Assembly (NCBI GenBank): GCA_019058365.1
Contig: JAHPZE010000005.1
Coordinates: 64,001-128,000, forward strand
Origin: Promethearchaeota archaeon
GTDB lineage: Archaea > Asgardarchaeota > Lokiarchaeia > Sigyniarchaeales > SOKP01
Direction: 5' to 3'
Length of the DNA stretch: 64,000 nucleotides
The notes below the pieces were generated by a model. That model searched no databases. It was not told the DNA's origin and was given only the letters and a program-made list of their open reading frames with translations. The position numbers and the translations under genes were made by a program. This document shows, piece by piece, positions 58,588 to 64,000 of this stretch (the first letter of the stretch is position 1; every line of letters begins with the position of its first letter).

Positions 58588-59352
58588 TTAATTTCTTCCA
58601 AAATGGAGTTTCAACCATTCAATTGTATGCTTTATAAACTCTTTTAGATATTTCTCTTCGATTTCATGAGTAGCATTTTCTACTGGCACAAACCTGTTTT
58701 CATCTTTTTTTGGTAGAAAATTAAATGCTTTCCTTGTTAAATCACATGGTGTTTTTTCATCAGCTTTTCCAACTACAATTAATACGGGGTAATCAAACTT
58801 TTTTAGATGATTTTTTACTCGAAATTTAGCAAAATCTGTCATATAAGTCATATCTATAATTATAGGTTTCCCCTCTACAGATGATGGAATTTCTACAGGA
58901 CCTTTGTCTAAATCCCTGAACCAATCTGCTTGATCGTCAGTAGTATGAAGAAACAAAACTGGTGCCCAAAAAATGTACGTTTTGATTCCTGGTAAATTAG
59001 TTCCTAGTATGGTAAGCCCTCCGAATGATAAACCTAATACAGCTATATTTTGATAACCTTGATTTTGAACCCATTTATATACTGATTCTACATCTTCAAT
59101 CTGTTTAAATAGAGTCACAGGTACTCTCTCATTTTCTCCAGATCCTGTAAAATCAAAAATAAGTCCGTCAATACCTTTATTATTACAAGCATTTGCTAAT
59201 GCAGGAAAATGACCGTGTTCATATTTATCTCCCGTAAAACCATGACACATTATTAGAATTGACGATTTTTTTGCTTCTTTATTATGTATAAAATGGATCC
59301 CATGAAGATCACTACCTGTAGTACTTAAAATTAGCACTTTTTCTTCAATCAT
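58588..59352 (-). CDS. Alpha/beta hydrolase (unrelated subfamily)
   Basis: CHGFTG, FDFTGSGE, GLSFGG, GKAD, ATH. Confidence 0.9.
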   Translation of the reverse strand: MIEEKVLILSTTGSDLHGIHFIHNKEAKKSSILIMCHGFTGDKYEHGHFPALANACNNKGIDGLIFDFTGSGENERVPVTLFKQIEDVESVYKWVQNQGYQNIAVLGLSFGGLTILGTNLPGIKTYIFWAPVLFLHTTDDQADWFRDLDKGPVEIPSSVEGKPIIIDMTYMTDFAKFRVKNHLKKFDYPVLIVVGKADEKTPCDLTRKAFNFLPKKDENRFVPVENATHEIEEKYLKEFIKHTIEWLKLHFGRN

Positions 59353-59458
59353 AGATTTTCCCTAGTTACGATACTTTAAACGTATTTAATTAAAGATTTT
59401 ATAATTCTTAAAATTACTTTATGATAATACTTATTATTTTTCTGTTTTTTTAATAGAT

Positions 59459-60310
59459 ATGACTGATTTATTTGCTGATGTGAATGGTATAAACATTTGT
59501 TATGAGAAAAGAGGTGAAGGAGACCCTGTTCTATTAGTTCACGGTTTTGGTGATAGAAAAGAACATTGGCGTGCTCAATTTGGAGAGTTATCAGAACATT
59601 TCCAAGTTATAAGATTTGATAATAGAGGAGCTGGAAAATCAGATAGAGCTGATGGTGTTTATTCGATGGAACTTTTTGCTGATGATATCAAATGCTTATT
59701 GGATTATCTTAAAATAAAGAAAACTCACATAATCGGACACAGTTTAGGTGGGATGATCGTTCAAAATGTCTGTTTAAAATATCCAAAAAGAATTAACAAA
59801 ATAATATTAATCAATACAATAGCCGGTATCGTCCCTCCAGGAGCTCTACCTGACCAAGGAATTGAATGGTATATAAATAAAGCTATTAAAGATAATGAAT
59901 CACTACAAAAAGATCCACTAAATTTATTTATCGAACGTGCTAAAAAAAGTTATTCAAGAGAATTTTGGAAACAAATGAAAGAGAATCCAAAAAAGAGGTT
60001 TCATAATATCTGGTCGGTAGAGGATCTAGTAGAAGAAAAAACTGCTTATGGCCCAACAGAACGAGATTATTATCACCTAGGTGAAGCTTTAAAAACTCAT
60101 AATACTTATGAACGATTACATGAAATAAAAAATGAAGTTTTAATAATTGCCGCAGATAAGGATAAAACAATTCCTTTGGTTATCGCTAAACGAATTCATG
60201 AAAAGCTCCCTAATAGTAAGTTTATTGTTATTGAGAACGCTGGTCATCAATCAATACTAGAATATCCTCATAAAATTAATCAACATATTATAAAATTTTT
60301 AAAAACCTAA
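59459..60310 (+). CDS. Alpha/beta hydrolase (paralog 2)
   Basis: HGFG, DNRGAGKS, GHSLGG, DKD, AGH. Confidence 0.92.
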   Translation: MTDLFADVNGINICYEKRGEGDPVLLVHGFGDRKEHWRAQFGELSEHFQVIRFDNRGAGKSDRADGVYSMELFADDIKCLLDYLKIKKTHIIGHSLGGMIVQNVCLKYPKRINKIILINTIAGIVPPGALPDQGIEWYINKAIKDNESLQKDPLNLFIERAKKSYSREFWKQMKENPKKRFHNIWSVEDLVEEKTAYGPTERDYYHLGEALKTHNTYERLHEIKNEVLIIAADKDKTIPLVIAKRIHEKLPNSKFIVIENAGHQSILEYPHKINQHIIKFLKT

Positions 60311-60350
60311 AGTATTTTATATATAATATTATCCTACTAAATTGATTTAT

Positions 60351-61187
60351 ATGACAGAATTGTATGCTGAAGTTAATGGAATAAAAATTTGCTATGAAAT
60401 AAATGGCGAAGGAGAACCCGTCATATTAGTGCATGGATGGGGTGCGTCTAAAGATGGATGGTTTGTTCAAGTTGGCGCTTTATCAAAATATTTTAAAGTT
60501 ATAACATTCGATAATAGAGGAGCGGGTAAAAGTTCAAGACCTAATTATCCATACACAATGGATATGTATGCTGATGATATCAATGGATTGTTAGAATTTC
60601 TGAATATAGAGAAAACCCATTTGATAGGAGAATCTTTAGGTGGTATGATAGCACTCAATTTTATAGTTAAATATCCTGAACGGGTAAATAAATTTATTTT
60701 GATAAATTCATGGCCCGGTTTCCCTAATGAACAAGGTCCAGAAATGTATAGTCAGGGGAAAATAGCTTATTTTGAAGAACTAAAAAAGGATCCTCTTAAT
60801 GCTTTTTTAAAAGGAGCAAAAGCCAGTTATTCTCGAGAATTTTTTAAAATGATGCAAGAAAACCCAAAGAAAAAATTCTTCGGTTTATGGTCAGTAGAGG
60901 ATCTCGTAAATATAGATTTAACTAATCCTTCTACTCCTGAAGATAATAATAATGCTGCAAATGCAGTCAAAGGTCATAATGTTACAAGCCGGCTCCATGA
61001 AATTAAAAGTGAGACTCTTTTGATCTGTGGAGAAAAAGATCGAATCGCAACACTTTCGGTACAAAGAAAGATCCATGAACAAATTCCTAACAGTGTTTTT
61101 AAGATTATAAAAGATGCACGACACGGTGTTTCAAAAGAAAAAGCACCAGAAGTCAATGAAACTATTATAAATTTTTTAAAAAAGTAA
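60351..61187 (+). CDS. Alpha/beta hydrolase (paralog 3)
   Basis: HGWG, DNRGAGKS, GESLGG, EKD, ARH; start placed at MTELYA by analogy with its paralogs. Confidence 0.92.
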   Translation: MTELYAEVNGIKICYEINGEGEPVILVHGWGASKDGWFVQVGALSKYFKVITFDNRGAGKSSRPNYPYTMDMYADDINGLLEFLNIEKTHLIGESLGGMIALNFIVKYPERVNKFILINSWPGFPNEQGPEMYSQGKIAYFEELKKDPLNAFLKGAKASYSREFFKMMQENPKKKFFGLWSVEDLVNIDLTNPSTPEDNNNAANAVKGHNVTSRLHEIKSETLLICGEKDRIATLSVQRKIHEQIPNSVFKIIKDARHGVSKEKAPEVNETIINFLKK

Positions 61188-61201
61188 TCTTCAAGATTTA
61201 A

Positions 61202-62041
61202 ATGACAGAACTTTATGCAAAAATAAATGGAATAGAACTCTGCTATGAAATATTTGGTGAAGGCTACCCAATAATATTAATTCATGGGTTTGGTTCAAGA
61301 AAGGAGGGTTATAAATGCCAAATTCCCACGTTGTCTAGGGAATTTGAAGTAATAGTTTTTGATAATCGAGGTGCTGGAAAATCAGAAAGAGTTAATGAAC
61401 GCTATACTATGGAAACTCTTGCTGATGATATTAAGGAACTATTAAATTTCCTTAAAATAAAAAAAGCACATGTGTTGGGGACATCAATGGGAGGTATGAT
61501 TGCTCAACAATTTACCCTGCAATACTCAGAATATGTTAAAAAGTTGGTATTAGTGAATACTATTAGCGGGACACCGGATAATGTAGGATTAGAAATATTG
61601 AAAAAGAATAGATTAGAACAGCTAAAGCTTATTAAAAATGATCCAGAGAAAGCCTTTTGGGATAATGCTCATATTTGGTTCTATCATAAATACCGTAAAG
61701 AATTAAAGGCAAATCCTAAAAAAAAATTTTTTGGAATTTGGTCTGCTGAAGATGAAATAAGGGAGAGCACAATTCTTATGCCAACTCCGCGTGATATTGA
61801 ACTTCAAATAGAAGCATTGAAGGGATTCAATATTTTTGAGAAATTGCATGAAATCAAGAGTCCTGTCTTATTATTAGCTGCTTCACATGATAAAGTTTGT
61901 TCAAAAAGCAATGCAGAGGAAATGCATAAAAGAATTCCTAATTGTGTACTTAGAATAATTGAAAAAGCGGGTCATGAATCTCCAAAAACGAGAGCTCTTG
62001 AAGTTAATAATATTATTCTAAATTTTTTAAAAAATAAATGA
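61202..62041 (+). CDS. Alpha/beta hydrolase (paralog 4)
   Basis: HGFG, DNRGAGKS, GTSMGG, SHD, AGH. Confidence 0.92.
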   Translation: MTELYAKINGIELCYEIFGEGYPIILIHGFGSRKEGYKCQIPTLSREFEVIVFDNRGAGKSERVNERYTMETLADDIKELLNFLKIKKAHVLGTSMGGMIAQQFTLQYSEYVKKLVLVNTISGTPDNVGLEILKKNRLEQLKLIKNDPEKAFWDNAHIWFYHKYRKELKANPKKKFFGIWSAEDEIRESTILMPTPRDIELQIEALKGFNIFEKLHEIKSPVLLLAASHDKVCSKSNAEEMHKRIPNCVLRIIEKAGHESPKTRALEVNNIILNFLKNK

Positions 62042-62207
62042 CTTGTTTCTTTCATAGAGAATTATTCTTTTAATAAAAATTAATATTATCCTTCTGCTCT
62101 TCTAATTTCAATTCCTAATGATATAAAGTGTAAATAAAAGGATTTAAAATATATTTATATACTAAAGAGTCTAGGTTATTTATAATACGCAATTAGTGGT
62201 GAAATTC

Positions 62208-64000
62208 TTGATTATAGAATTAAATAAAAAAAAAAAAATAATCGGATTTTTATTAATACTATCCTTTATATTTGGCTCCGTCCAAATTATTTGTTTTTCT
62301 CAGCAGAATCTAATAATTTCTGACAGAAATGGATCTAGTGCGGAGCATGTTGATAATCCTAAAATAGCAGCAACAATTCAACCAGATTGGGAAATCGCAA
62401 CAGGTACAAGTGATACTATAGCTATAGTAGATAGACCTAGTGGAACCCAAGATGGTGATTTATTAATATTTCATGGCACAATTGATGGAAATGGCGACTC
62501 TTTTAATGATCCTCTTGGCTGGAATGAACTTCTACCAGAATATTCATCTAATGGGATAACAGTAGCATTATGGTATAGAATTGCTGGAGGTTCAGAACCA
62601 CTCACCTATAATGTATCTTGGGGAGGTGGGGACGAAGCTTATGTTGTTGGAATTATAAGAATTATTGGATACGATAGAAATGATCCCTTTCAAACAAATA
62701 ATACTGCCTTTGGAACAGGAGATATTGTAAATCCTTCAGTCACTACTACACAAGATGATACTTTAATTATTGGATTTCATGGACGTGATACTGGTATTCA
62801 AGGTAATAATTATGGGCATCTTCTTGAACCAGGACCTACAGTTTTATATGCAAATACCTCTGGAGGAGGGGGAGGTATGTGCAGTGCTGGAATGTATTAT
62901 GAAATTCAAGCAAATCAAGGAGCTTCTGATGAGCGAACTTGGGATGTATACACTAGCGGTTTTAATCCTTATTGGTATGCGGCAACTATAGCAATAAATT
63001 CGCCTGCATCTGGTATTGATATTATTGCCCCAACTGAAAATGAAGTTTTTGGAGACATCGCTCCGAATTTCACTGTGGAAGTAAAAATTCCAGATCTTGA
63101 TGCTATGTGGTATACCCTGGATGGAGGATTAAACAACTACACATTTACTTCAAATGAAACGATTAATCAGGGGGCATGGGATGCATTATCCGATGGAGTA
63201 GTTCCAATTCAATTCTATGCTAACAATACTTCAGGGGATATATATTTCGATCAAGTAAATGTAATAAAAGATACCTCAGCACCAAATATTACTATTATTA
63301 GCCCTTTGGAGAATGAAATTTTTAAAACTGACCCTCCAAGTTTCATTGTAGACATTATGGATTTGAATCTGGATACTATGTGGTATTCGATATTTAATAC
63401 AACGTATATATCACAGAATAGAACATTTACAGTGAATGGAACAATTGATTCAACAGAATGGAATGCATTATACGATGGAACATACACTATTAGATTTTAT
63501 GCGAATGATAGTCTTGGAAACGTTAATTTTGAGGAAGTTAATGTAATAAAAGATTTTGATGCTATCGTTATCAATATTGTTAGTCCAACTGAAAATGAAG
63601 TTTTTGGTGTTAGTGCTCCCAGTTTCATTGTTGAATTTTCGGATACGAATTTAAATGCCACTTGGTATACTGTGGATGGGGGAATAAATATTTATATATT
63701 TACAGAAAATGAGACTATTAATCAAGGGGCTTGGGGCGCTTTATCTGATGGAATAGTTACTATTCGATTTTACGCTAATAACACATCAGGAGATATATAT
63801 TTCAAGCAAGTTAATGTTATAAAGAATAGTTCAGGACCAAGTATAAATATAATCAGTCCAACAGAAAATGAAGAGTTTGCGATTAATCCTCCTAATTTCA
63901 TCGTAGAGATTATTGATCCGAATTTGGATGCTATGTGGTATTCAATATTTAATAATACCTATAGTTCATTAAATATTACATTTACAAATAATGGGACAAT
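62208..64000 (+). CDS. Secreted/surface protein with tandem Ig-like repeats; runs off the right edge
   Basis: Not in the track. TTG start after GGTGA; signal peptide (KKKKIIGFLLILSFIFG), beta-rich domain (RPSGTQDGDLLIF), then ~92-aa repeats P.ENE.F...P.F.V...LD.MWY...W.AL.DG...I.FYAN...VNVIKD with many N-x-S/T sequons. Confidence 0.88.
   Translation, partial: MIIELNKKKKIIGFLLILSFIFGSVQIICFSQQNLIISDRNGSSAEHVDNPKIAATIQPDWEIATGTSDTIAIVDRPSGTQDGDLLIFHGTIDGNGDSFNDPLGWNELLPEYSSNGITVALWYRIAGGSEPLTYNVSWGGGDEAYVVGIIRIIGYDRNDPFQTNNTAFGTGDIVNPSVTTTQDDTLIIGFHGRDTGIQGNNYGHLLEPGPTVLYANTSGGGGGMCSAGMYYEIQANQGASDERTWDVYTSGFNPYWYAATIAINSPASGIDIIAPTENEVFGDIAPNFTVEVKIPDLDAMWYTLDGGLNNYTFTSNETINQGAWDALSDGVVPIQFYANNTSGDIYFDQVNVIKDTSAPNITIISPLENEIFKTDPPSFIVDIMDLNLDTMWYSIFNTTYISQNRTFTVNGTIDSTEWNALYDGTYTIRFYANDSLGNVNFEEVNVIKDFDAIVINIVSPTENEVFGVSAPSFIVEFSDTNLNATWYTVDGGINIYIFTENETINQGAWGALSDGIVTIRFYANNTSGDIYFKQVNVIKNSSGPSINIISPTENEEFAINPPNFIVEIIDPNLDAMWYSIFNNTYSSLNITFTNNGT
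63015..64000 (+). repeat. Intragenic tandem repeat with 555-nt (two-domain) period
   Basis: CCAACTGAAAATGAAGTTTTTGG at 63030 and 63585; B-type units at 63300 and 63855. Confidence 0.85.

Noticed and set aside
274-63487. Numerous 60-140 aa ORFs in the track that overlap longer genes (e.g. 274-471, 3151-3396, 28881-29201, 41457-41885, 62770-62991, 63251-63487)
   Set aside because: They are antisense or out-of-frame shadows of well-supported CDSs and carry no motifs.
1-64000. CRISPR arrays, tRNA/rRNA genes, transposases or integrases
   Set aside because: None were recognisable by eye; intergenic gaps are short and AT-rich. A covariance-model search was not possible.

Overview
This is an AT-rich archaeal window, most likely from an Asgard archaeon (Lokiarchaeia/Promethearchaeota). 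That assignment is inferred from the Loki-type Ig-repeat surface protein, the large TPR-like protein, the DRG GTPase, the SAMP/MoaD-type ubiquitin-like gene and the GGTGA-type RBSs. About 2-35 kb is an anaerobic aromatic/acyl-CoA catabolic region. It holds a complete bzd-type class I benzoyl-CoA reductase operon (oah-dch-had-bzdN-bzdO-bzdP-bzdQ-bzdM, with bzdV separated by a GH38 mannosidase). Around it lie a CoA-ligase/thiolase/radical dehydratase/MaoC operon, a second CoA ligase, a GC-richer CocE esterase plus acetylene-hydratase-family Mo/W enzyme module, and an ACAD-EtfB-ferredoxin-fused EtfA operon. An AbrB-VapC toxin-antitoxin module sits in the operon's promoter between ~108-bp direct repeats. 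The right half has a TPR-nitrilase fusion preceded by a decayed copy of its own 3' end, UbiA with two CCG Fe-S proteins, and two MoxR AAA+/vWA pairs with a radical SAM and a SWIM protein. It ends with five alpha/beta hydrolases and a truncated Ig-repeat surface protein. Several genes need non-canonical (ATA/CTG) starts and were missed or truncated by the ORF track. No rRNA, tRNA, CRISPR array or transposase was seen.
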